From assembly GCF_036971445.1 (NCBI RefSeq), contig NC_091472.1, positions 127,224,001 to 127,288,000 on the forward strand: a DNA stretch of 64,000 nucleotides. The letters run 5' to 3'. This DNA comes from Narcine bancroftii. Lineage: Eukaryota. The notes beneath the pieces were generated by a model that was not told where the DNA came from, searched no databases, and was given only the letters and a program-made list of their open reading frames with translations. Positions within the stretch are counted from its first letter, which is position 1. Each line of letters begins with the position of its first letter. Of the stretch, positions 51,601 through 62,481 are shown piece by piece. A program made the translations under genes and the position numbers.

Positions 51601-52088
51601 GTACTGGTCTTTCAGGGTGTTCATGGCATCTCTGTAGGTCTGGCAGTCCTGGATCATCTGGTAGATTCAATGCCCGATGTACGGAAATAGCAGGTGGATT
51701 TTGTCTTCATCACCCTGGATCGCAGCTGCAGAGGCCATGAGGAACTTTTCAAAGCAGCAGCGACAGACTACGAGTTTGTCAGCTGCTTTGAGTTCTCTCC
51801 GGTTGATTTTGAGGCGGTCCAACTTCAAGTATTTGTCCATGTTCCGAGGGAAACATAATCTCGCTAATAAAATTGATGCACGATCAATTATGCAAAGACT
51901 GAAGTTATTGGAAACTGAAGGCTTTTATTAGCAAGAGATGGACCGCATCCCTTGTGTTGCTGGCTCACACCGACCCAGACTCAAACTGGGACCAGAGTTG
52001 TGGCATGACAGCCTTTATGGGGAGAAAGGGGACCAGTCACGAGCCAGCCAGTGAGAGCACGGTCATGTACAATAGTGGTTTCACCACA
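48661..52088 (-). mobile_element. Gypsy LTR retrotransposon, 3'-truncated: LTR 51874-52088, gag (CCHC), protease, RT, RNase H, integrase
   Basis: CYFCGQGKH..C, LFDSGSTESF, ESDASNFA, LLTDQ, RWRIELSTY, MDFKGPLP, NGQVEQEN; TG..CA LTR. Confidence 0.93.
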
Positions 52089-52383
52089 GTTGTTCCAGAC
52101 TCCAGAACTAGCACTCACCTGTGTGGCTCCCAGTTCAGCAATGTATCTCTAAAATACAAATGAAAACTGTGCATTTAAGAATCAAATCAGAGGTAAGATC
52201 ATTATTAATTCTGCAGTGAGGTGGAAGCTTCTGTGCATAAACTGGATGCTGTGTTTCCTGCATAACAACAGGGAACAAAATGGATGTGATCTTCACTGAT
52301 TAAGAACAGCTGGAGAGAAATGCAAGGTACAGCAACAAGTGCTATACATACACAGCCTTTCTTTAACATTTAAGCCTTTGACA

Positions 52384-54928
52384 TGGGGGGGGGGGCCGTG
52401 CCATGTGATGATGTAGGGTTGGACTGGTAATCCCTGCTCTTGAAAAAGTTGAGAAAAAGTGATAAAAAAAGACTATAAAAGTTACAGACACTATAAGGAA
52501 GAAGACATTAACAATGCTAGCAAAGAAAGATAAAGGTCTTACTGCAATAAAGAACAAGAAAAGGAAGAGAGGCCTACCTTGAGAAAGGATCCTGGAGCTG
52601 TCCGCAAGGTAATATCCAATGGAGAGAGGCCAGAAGCTGGGGAAACCTTGGACACTGTTGCACAAGGTCTCCCCCGACAATGGCCGCCGACATCAGGTGA
52701 AGAGATTACTCCTCGCGCATGCGCAGAGCACGAAAAAAACTGATATTTTAAAAAAGATACAAGTCACCCACAGCTCCAGCGATGATGAAGAGGACTTGGA
52801 AAAGCAAAGGTAAGATCAAGAATGACCTACAATCAAGAAAAAAGCAGAGAAAGGTACAGAAGCTTCTTCATCTTCTGGAGAAATGAAGCAGTTTTTGGGT
52901 TCTTTTCGACTATCTATGGAAGTATTAACTGATGAAGTGCGGAAGAATGGTGACAAGATAGAATGATTAATGCCACAAGTTGACACAAAATTTGAAAGAG
53001 TGGATGGGAAAATTAAAGGGAATGAACTTGAAATTCAAAATATTAAAGGTCAAATGAAGAAAGTACAAGCAGAGGCAGCTGCCAAGAACGATCAGTTAAT
53101 GCAAAAAGTAGATATTTTGGAAAATTTTAGTTGATGGAATAATATCAAGAAGGGGATGAAGATCAAGATTTGAAAAAGTTTTTGCAACAATGCATACTGG
53201 AATCTTTGGGTAAGGCTGAATTTCAAGGTGATTTGGAAGTTGAGCAAGCCCAAAGGGCATTGAAACCTAAACCTCAGCCTGACCAAAGGTCCCATTAAGT
53301 ACTTGTCAGATTTCTTCGATATGAAGTAAGAGAGAAGATATTGGAGCTGGCAGCGAAACAAGCTAAAGAAAATCACCATTGATTTATAATGGAAATAAGA
53401 TTTTCTTTTATCTAGACATAAGTTTTGATTTGTTTAAAAAAGAGAAAAGAGTTTAATCCGGTTAAAGATGTGTTATGGAAAAAAGGCTATGCCTTTGTTT
53501 TGAGATACCCAGGTGTATTGAAAGTATTTGTCCTGTGAGGGAGGAATAGATTTTTTACAGAGCCTAATGAAGCAAAGGTATATGCCGATTCATTGCCTGC
53601 TAAAGACCAATAGGCAGTGTTGATACTTGAGTTAATTACATAACTGAAAGAATTTTACTGTAACTGAAATTACATTGTGTTTTGAGAGAGTTTAAAGGGG
53701 GAGGAAGGTTTAACCAAAGAGGTAGGAAATTTTTTTACATGCAATTTGGCAATGTGAAAAAGTAGAAAATTTTTGGGAAGATATAAGTATTTTATTGGGA
53801 CAAGTTATGAAGATGCAAATTCTGAAAGATCCAAAAATATTTTTTGTTAGGGGATATTTATGATTTGAAGTTAGATATTTATCAGAAGTTTGTAAGTGTA
53901 GCAATAGCAATAGCAAAGAAATGTATAGCCGTAACATGAAAACTAGATAATAACGTGGGTTTGAATAGATGGCAAGTAGAATTACAAAATTGTATCTTCT
54001 TTGGCTTGGCTTCGCGGACGAAGATTTATGGAGGGGTAATGTCCACGTCAGCTGCAGGCTCATTTGTGGCTGACAAGTCCGATGCGGGACAGGCAGACGC
54101 GGTTGCAGCGGTTGCAAGGGAAAATTAGTGGGTTGGGGTTGGGTGTTGGGTTTTTCCTCCTTTGTCTTTTGTCAGTGAGGTGGGCCTTGTGGTCTTCTTC
54201 AAAGGAGGTTGCTGCCCGCCGAACTGTGAGGCGCCAAGATACACGGTTTGAGGCGATATCAGCCCACTGGCGGTGGTCAATGTGGCAGGCACCAAGAGAT
54301 TTCTTTAGGCAGTCCTTGTACCTCTTCTTTGGTGCACCTCTGTCATGGTGGCCAGGGGAGAGCTCGCCATATAACACGATCTTGGGAAGGCGATGGTCCT
54401 CCATTCTGGAGACGTGACCTACCCAGCGCGGTTGGATCTTCAGCAGCGTGGATTCGATGCTGTCGGCCTCTGCCATCTCGAGTACTTTGATGTTAGGGAT
54501 GAAGTTGCTCCAATGAATGTTGAGGATGGAGTGGAGACAACGCTGGTGGAAGCGTTCTAGGAGCCGTAGTATTGTATACCATTAGAGAAAATAACATATA
54601 ATTTATGGAATCAACCAGAAAAATATAATAAGATTTGGAAACCTTGTATGGATTTTATTGGTAAGAGTTCATCTGTGGGGTCCGCTGCTCCCACCCTAAC
54701 TCACCTTAATTAATTTAAGGCAAAGGTATTTGAAATTCAATTAATCAATGAAAGATATATGATCAATTCAAGCAGGCTTTTTCTTTTTCTTTTTTTTCTT
54801 ACTTTTTTGGGGAGGGAGAAAATATAAAATTATGTATTCTTCTTACAACTTTTTAAAATTCTGTATGATTACAGATAAATACTGTATTTGTTATTGATGC
54901 AAATGAAAAATAACATTTTCAGAAAAAA
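52384..54928 (+). mobile_element. Internally deleted L1 (ORF1 plus ORF2 C-terminus only)
   Basis: 12-bp TSD AAGCCTTTGACA (52372-52383 / 54929-54940); ORF1 remnants at about 52500-53610; then only the ORF2 end ([11 protein letters not shown]) and A tail. Confidence 0.85.
53996..54570 (-). mobile_element. RTE (BovB-like) LINE 3' fragment
   Basis: Near-identical to 45851-46383; TSD ATTGTAT (53989-53995 / 54571-54577). Confidence 0.92.
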
Positions 54929-55066
54929 AAGCCTTTGACACCCTTAATTACAAGGGATTGTTGTGCACTGTTCTCTAATCTGGATCCTTGCAAAAGTCTG
55001 TCTCTATTTTACATTTGATCTATGATGCCATGGTCCTATCCAACAAGGCAATGGCAGAGCCAATCA

Positions 55067-55277
55067 CAGTGGAGACTGCTAGCAGAAAAGGCCCAAACAT
55101 TTTCTTTTCAATCTTCTTCATTGCAGTGCTGCGCCTTTAGAGTGGAACTAATCTTCAGAATGAATGGGAAAGCAGTGGAGACTGCTAGCAGAAAAGGCCC
55201 AAACATTTTCTTTTCAATCTTCTTCATTGCAGTGCTGCGCCTTTAGAGTGGAACTAATCTTCAGAATGAATGGGAAA
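55067..55277. repeat. Two-copy tandem duplication of about 106 bp
   Basis: CAGTGGAGACTGCTAGCAGAAAAGG...GAATGAATGGGAAA starting at 55067 and 55173. Confidence 0.92.
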
Positions 55278-56891
55278 TCATGCAATCTTTGATACCTACA
55301 CTCTAAACCAAGATCATTCTGAGCTGCAGGATGTAGGCAATGCTTGATTTAATTGGGTGCAGAGCTTTAGATCCAAGACATGGATCAGTTGAAGCCCATA
55401 GCAGTCTCCACTGTGCCATATAGCCCCTCAAAAAATGTGAAACACTTTCCATATTTCAGGAACCACCACTTGTCAAAGACAAAAGATTTCTTCAATGTAT
55501 CAGCACAGCCTTTATTTGATTGAGAAAAATTATGTTTGAAGATCAAGAGAATTAGATTCAGTAATCAAATTTGGAGAGGTGGATCAAACTTGCCGTAGAT
55601 TCACCTGAAACCTAGAGAACATGCATAAAGGACTGCTCACTTTGTGAAATGTCAAAAAAAAAGCTGAGCTGCTGTATCAAATCTGCTCATAATTCCAGGG
55701 TCATCTCTCTTTCTACTGTAAGCAGTCTTGTTAAACCTTATTCCTCAGCTCCTCCTGTTACTTCCAGTAGTACAAGGAGCCCATGGACTTCTTTGTCATT
55801 CTGATAACAATCATCAGTCAGCTACCGTTGCCACCTCGTTGCCTCACTCACCCTCACTTCTCAGCTCATCCATCCAAACTTAAAATGTTCCTTCCAGCTC
55901 TGATCCCAGACTCGCATCTTTTTCTACTTTCATCTCCCTTTCATCCTTCCCAACAGGGTTGTCCTCTAGCCCATCTTTCTGTTCCCTCAACTCTGTTCCC
56001 AAATAATTATTCCCGTCTTTCCTTCCTACTCACCAGGTGAACTGATTTTGTTAATGGTTCCATCTCTATCAATCCACTCCTCTAAAGGACTCAACATTTC
56101 ACTCTTTCCTTCTGCCATCTATTCTTCCATCTCCAGTTTTTCTTTTCTCTCTTATATTCTGGGCTACGGAAGAAGCCTCCTTTCAGTTTCATGCTCTTCT
56201 TACCAAGTGTTTCTAGTTTTATTCCTCCCTGTTCCAGTTCCAAAACCTTTTCTTCCCACAGGCTCAAGAATGGTATGCTCCAAAAAAGCAACACAGGATT
56301 TTGATGCGTGGTTAATTCTAAGTGAATGCAAGATGTGATTTTCATTTTTCTGCTTACTAAACTAATCTATTTTTTTAAAGCACAGCAGGACACCTCTAAA
56401 ATGAATGCACTTCCTGAACTTTGTGGGAACTTTAAATTGTGTCTAAGGCAATTTCATAGGTGCAGGAATTGTCATCAGCTGAGCTCTATGTTTTGGAGCT
56501 TGAGCAATATCTGATATCACTATGGTCCATCTGTGGATAGCATGTGATCAGCCTGCAGGGAGCACAGGGAGCAGGCAACTCTAAACTAATCCAAAAGAGT
56601 CTGGACCAGCCTGCCTCAATCTACCTTCATTCAAGAAGTCATCCAAAGATGCTACCAGCATCTTATCTCACCAATGATCTATATTGGTACCTATCCAAGC
56701 AACAACTCAGTTTAAAAATTTTCACCCTTGTTTGCAAAGGCCATTCCTGATTTCTGTAATCTCCCCCAGCCATTCAGCCTTCACCTTAAATAACAACTCT
56801 TTTTGTGGTTTGTTGTCAAATTAGAAGGTGGTGATGGTGCTATAAATGGAATATAACTGCAATAAACAAGTGTACAAATGAATATAACACA

Positions 56892-57631
56892 NNNNNNNNN
56901 NNNNNNNNNNNNNNNNNNNNNNNNNNNNNNNNNNNNNNNNNNNNNNNNNNNNNNNNNNNNNNNNNNNNNNNNNNNNNNNNNNNNNNNNNNNNNNNNNNNN
57001 NNNNNNNNNNNNNNNNNNNNCTGTGTGTGTGTCTGCCTGTATCTATGTGTGTGTCTGTCTGTTTNNNNNNNNNNNNNNNNNNNNNNNNNNNNNNNNNNNN
57101 NNNNNNNNNNNNNNNNNNNNNNNNNNNNNNNNNNNNNNNNNNNNNNNNNNNNNNNNNNNNNNNNNNNNNNNNNNNNNNNNNNNNNNNNNNNNNNNNNNNN
57201 CTGTCTGTGTCTAGGTGTCTGTGTGTGTGTGTCTGTCTGTTTCTATGTGTGTGTGTCTGTTTGTGTGTGTTTGTCTGTGTCTAGGTGTCTGCATGTGTGT
57301 GTGTCTGTCTGTTTCTATGTGTGTCTGTGTGTGTGTGTCTGTGTCTATGTGTGTGTGTCTGTTTGTTTCTATGTGTCTATGCGTGTGTGTGTGTCTGTGT
57401 CCATGTATATGTGTGNNNNNNNNNNNNNNNNNNNNNNNNNNNNNNNNNNNNNNNNNNNNNNNNNNNNNNNNNNNNNNNNNNNNNNNNNNNNNNNNNNNNN
57501 NNNNNNNNNNNNNNNNNNNNNNNNNNNNNNNNNNNNNNNNNNNNNNNNNNNNNNNNNNNNNNNNGTGTGTCTGTCTGTTTCTATGTGTGTGTGTGTGTGT
57601 CTTTGTCTATGTGTGTGTGTGTCTGTGTCTA

Positions 57632-57662
<31 letters not shown>

Positions 57663-57770
57663 CTGTTTGTTTCTATGTGTCTGTGTCTATTTGTCTGTCT
57701 GTGTGTCTGTTTATATGTGTGTGTGTGTGTTTGTCTGTGTCTATGTGTCTGTGTGTGTGTGTGTGTGTGC
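56892..57770. repeat. Compound (TG)/(TGTC) microsatellite with N gaps
   Basis: TG-rich low-complexity tract with three N runs. Confidence 0.95.
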
Positions 57771-57840
57771 CTAAGAAGTGTTTCCAACTCTAACAGCACT
57801 TTTATAAATGGGTTATTGTTGAACTGAGAAATTGAAACTG

Positions 57841-57858
57841 GGCAGTAGATGGCGCTCT
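57841..57858 (+). promoter_or_regulatory. Candidate CTCF binding site
   Basis: GGCAGTAGATGGCGCT is close to the CTCF core CCACYAGRKGGCRS. Confidence 0.45.
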
Positions 57859-58939
57859 AAGACTGAGGAGTCACAAGCTGAATTTTGCCCTGTATCCAAT
57901 TTGTTTGTTCATCAACCTCATAATTTTAATGTATTCTTAAGCTTCAAAAAATATGCTATGGTAAATGTCTGAACAACTCATGGTACTCTAAGGAACACTC
58001 CAGGGCTGCAGACTAAAAGCAGCAGAAAAGGCGGAAAATGATCCTGAGCATTCAAGAGTGCAGGGTCCAAGAAACAAGAGGAAGGAGAAGGGAAAAAGAA
58101 AGGAAAATTAAACCACAGCTTAACCACGCATGAAGCAAAAACAGCCATTCCTGCCCACTCCTCCATTCAATAAGAACATGGTCAATCTTATACCTCAGCA
58201 TCACCTTCCTGAACTAATCCCATATCCTTGATTCTTTTAATATCCATAGATTACTCAATCTCTGCTTTAAATGTAGTCAGTGACTGAATTCATAGAGTGA
58301 AGAAATGTCTTATTACCTCCGTCCTGATTGGCAGGTCAATTATTTTGAAAATATGTCTCTGGATTCTATCCACCCAAGCCAAGGCAATATTGTCTTCCCT
58401 GCCAAGCTACGGGTGGTGTGAACCTGAGTTCAAATGCCATGCTTTACTGTCAAACCAGCATTGGTTGGTATTTCTGGTCACATTCAGTGTCTATCCTCCA
58501 GCCAACTTTTGATTATTCTTGCTAAAAACCAGGGAGGTATTTAAGGAATTATTTATTCCACATGGTGTAGAAAGAAAAGAGCTGGGAAAATAAAACCTAA
58601 ACGGAGACTTAATTTGCATGGAGAGACTGAACAAAGATAAGCATGACTTCACCCTTGCTCATACATGGCAACTGTAAGTATTATAACCTGGCTGCTTTTC
58701 AAATCACATGTTTGAGTTGAAATGTTTTTTTTCTCCCCTGACTGGGACATATATTGGTCCAAAGTTAGATCAGATTAAGCTGTGTGTGGTGCTGGCAGAT
58801 CAAAGCAGTTCATTTGGAAAGAAATAGATGTGCAGTTGGATCTGGTAATCTAGCATAATCAATCAGAGAGGCAGAAAGAATTCTGTTTGATTTGGTGATG
58901 TAACTTTATGTTCTCTCTGCTGAAGCCACATAAGTAAAA

Positions 58940-60494
58940 GCTGTCCATCTGTACGCTGGTGCACGTCCCCCTGGAGAGCGCGTCATTGAGCTTACCAAGC
59001 CGGTACAGGATGTCATAGTTAAAGGTGGAGAGTTCGATTCTCCATCTGGCGATTTTGTCGTTTTTTATCTTATCTCGCAGGGTGTTGCTGAACATGAAGG
59101 AGACCGCGCGTTGATCAGTCAACAGTGTAAAGCGCCTCCCAGCAAGATAATGTCTCCAACAACGCACCGCTTCAACTATGGCCTGGGCCTCCTTCTCGAC
59201 CGAGGAGTGTCTACTCTCTGGACCCTGGAGGGTTCTGGAGGAGAAGGCTACAGGCCGACCGTCCTGGTTCAAGGTGGCTGCCAGGGCAAAGTCAGATGCA
59301 TCGCTCTCGACTTGAAATGGGACAGACTCATTGATCGCGTGCAGCGTTGCAGCGGCGATGTCGGATTTGATTTGATTGAAAGCCGCTCTGGCTTCGGTCG
59401 AGAGGGGAAAGGAGGTGGTCTTGATAAGAGGACGCGCCTTGTCGGCGTAGTGTGGAACCCATTGGGTGTAATTAAGAGAAAAAGCCCTGGCAGCGTTTGA
59501 GCGCTTTCTGGAAATGGTGGGGGGGGGGGGGGAAGTAAGTCCATTAGGGGACGCATGCGGTCAGGATCTGGCATCACTACCCCGTTCTCCACCACGCAAC
59601 CTAGAATAGCAAGTCGTGTGGTCCGGAAGACACACTTGTCAAAATTGTAGGTCAGGCTCAGCTGACCGGCAGTTTGAAGAAATTTGTCTAGGTTGGCATC
59701 ATGGTCCTACGTGTCATGGCCGCAGATGGTGACATTGTCCAGATATGGGAAGGTAGCGGTTAGCCCATTCTGGTCCACCATCTGGTCCATTTCCCGCTGG
59801 AAGACCGCGACACCATTCGTGACCCCGAATGGTACCCTGAGAAATTGATACAGCCGCCCATTCACTTCGAAGGCCGTGAATGGTCGGTCCTCACAGCGGA
59901 TCGGGAGCTGGTGGTAGGCCGAACGTAGGTCAATGGTGGAGAATATGCGGTATTGGGCGATCTGGTTCACCACATCCATGATGCTCTATCCGCTCCCTCC
60001 TATATACCGCAACAAATGCCACCCCCCACGAAAGGATGTTCTCTTAGACTCTCAAGGACACCATAGACAGCAATGCTGTTAGATGCTGGTTATCCTCCTC
60101 CACCTCAATGAGCCTTAGGAAGTTTTCAAAGTTCAACAGCCAGAACTTAAAGGCTTTGAAGGCTGTAGCTGACTGTGGGTCGATGTCAAGTTTTTCTGGC
60201 CGAGTCAGACGCTCCGTCCCTTTTTAAAAAAAATTATTTTTGCTAATAAAATTGTAGAACTCCTCGAAAGAACCAAAGACTTGTTGATCCAAACCAAGGC
60301 TTTTATTAGCAAAAGACAGGAGCTCTTCACAGGTGGCTGACCAGTCCGGAATGATCCGACCTGGCTAAGGACACAACCCTTTAAGGCCCAGACAGTAGGC
60401 GTGGCTAAGCTCTCAGCCAATCGCTGTAAGCACAGTCATTACATGCTCTAGATACTGTAACTATATACATTGGTGATAGGTCTGTACTATCACA
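58940..60494 (-). mobile_element. Second Gypsy family, deleted: LTR 60253-60494, gag start, RT-RNase H fragment 58940-59980
   Basis: IDLRSAYHQL...PFGVTNG...YLDNVTI, VAFSSRTL..EKEAQAI..LLTDQ; gag start RPEKLDIDPQSATAFK; TG..CA LTR. Confidence 0.9.
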
Positions 60495-61340
60495 GTATCA
60501 ATCCCTGTACCTCCAAATATTTGTAAATTCCATCCCTCAGAACACTTTCCATCAACTTACCCACCACAGACGTCAGACTCACGGGCCTATAATTCCTAGG
60601 TTTACATTTGGACCCTTTCTTAAACAGCGGAACCACATGCGCCACCCTCCAATCCTTTGGCATTACCCCCGTAACCAATGACATCCTAAATATCTCTGTT
60701 AATGGCCCCACTATCTGTTCACAAGCCTCCCTGAGTGTTCTTGGGAATATTTTGTCCGGTCCCGGAGATTTATCCACCTTTATCTTTTTCAACACAGCCA
60801 TCACTACTTCCTCGGTTATCCTTATATGCTTCATGACCTCCCCACTATTTTTCTTTACTTCAACTGGTTCAATAATTTTTTCCCTAGTGAATAACGAGGC
60901 AAAGAAATCATTCAAAATTTCCCCCATTTCCTCTGACTTCTCACTCAGCCTACCTTCGCTATCTACAAGGGGTCCAATTTTATCCCTCACTAATCTTTTA
61001 CTTTTAATGTACCTATAGAAACCCTTTGGATTTATTTTTACTCTGTCTGCCAAAGCCTCTTCATGCCTTTTTTTGGCCTTTCTAATTTCTTTCTTACGAT
61101 TCCTTCTACACTCCTTGTAGTCCTCCTTCAAACTCTCAGCTCCCTGCTCTTTATACCTCTTGGTCACCTCCCTTTTTCTCCTAACCAAATTTCCAATATT
61201 CCTCAAAAACCAAGCCTTCCTATGACTTCCAGCCTTTCCTTTGATCCTCACTGGGATGTATCTACTTTGTACCCTCAAAATTTCTTTTTTGAATATCCTC
61301 CATTTTTCATTTACATCCTTACCTGAAAATATCCTGTTAT
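60495..61340 (-). mobile_element. CR1 LINE ORF2 fragment, cut by the Gypsy LTR
   Basis: Intact frame NPKGFYRYIKSKR...KSPGPDKI...NYRPVSLTSVVGKLME. Confidence 0.92.
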
Positions 61341-62273
61341 GTTCGGGCTTTTTCACTACATGAAAGGGCCTACAGATATAGTGGATGGAGCAATTGATGA
61401 CTGTTGCACAATAACTGATGAAAAGCTCTTGGTATTTGCCTCATTGGCAATCTCCTTCCATTGCCAACAATACAGGACTACTCTTGGTGATATCATTTTC
61501 TACAAGTATTCTGAAAGCAAGGTTTCTAAAGCAGTGCTCCTACTCACATTACAGGACTGCCTTGATGCCTCCAAGACATTCAGTGAGTACCTTAAGAGGT
61601 CTAGGCATGACCAATCAGCTGCTGTTAGTTCAGCTGGCACACAGCACTCTTGAAATTGGCCCCTGTCAATACAGAAAGCAACTTGATTGGCACCGTCTAT
61701 ATTCAGGACCTAATGCACTATTTTATACTTCAGTTTCTTGTGCTAATAGCACCAGGACAAACTATTTTATCTCCTCATTTTAAATTGCACTTGAAGGAAT
61801 GGTTCCTAGCACATGTGAATTTCTGCTCTCAACATTTCAGAAATATTATAAAATCATTTTTCTGATTGGGCCTGATTGAAAGGCTCTTTTTGAAGCAGTC
61901 AGTTCCAGTTTCTTCCAAAAATTTAGAGATCCCAGAGATATTAACCATTCTGCCTGCTGTAATAATGCACAAATTCTCAGTGACACACTGAATAAGTGAA
62001 GACCACAGGCCATTATTCTGGCTGGAAAAATAATGGTGATTTTGTCAGATAGTTAACAAGTCGTTTGGAGGACTGATATTTGCTGCAACATCTTTCGTTC
62101 ATAGTAATAAATCAGAGGCTTGATTATGCAGATAAAGTATCTATCCTGCAAGTTTTCTCAGATACGTTTTAAATCAATGATGCACTCTTTGTAATATAGG
62201 TATAATTGAATACGGTGCTTAATTAAAAGACTGATTTGCAATTAAAATTTCAACATAGGATTGCTCCCAAGGG

Positions 62274-62481
62274 TGTAGCGTAGTTAAAAGCTCACACTCG
62301 ACTGGAGGGAGAACTAACGCTTTTATTAGCTTACAACACAGGTAGGGTTCACGAAAAGGCTTCAGAGGGTTTCAGGGTTTAGGCAGGAAACCAGGGTTAT
62401 ATATGGGCCTCTGGGGAAGGAGCCGAGAGGCGGGACCAATCGTCAGTACGAGACACTTCTAGTGTCTCCCAGTTCACTACA
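62274..62481 (-). mobile_element. Short solo LTR related to the Gypsy LTRs
   Basis: TGTAG...CTACA termini; minus-strand TATATAA and GCTAATAAAAGC; imperfect AAGG flanks. Confidence 0.75.

Noticed and set aside
56030-56345. Possible minus-strand exon (gtgagt donor near 56030)
   Set aside because: Purine-rich low-information sequence with no clear acceptor or recognisable protein.
56878-57827. Cys/Val-rich ORFs
   Set aside because: TG microsatellite plus N gaps.
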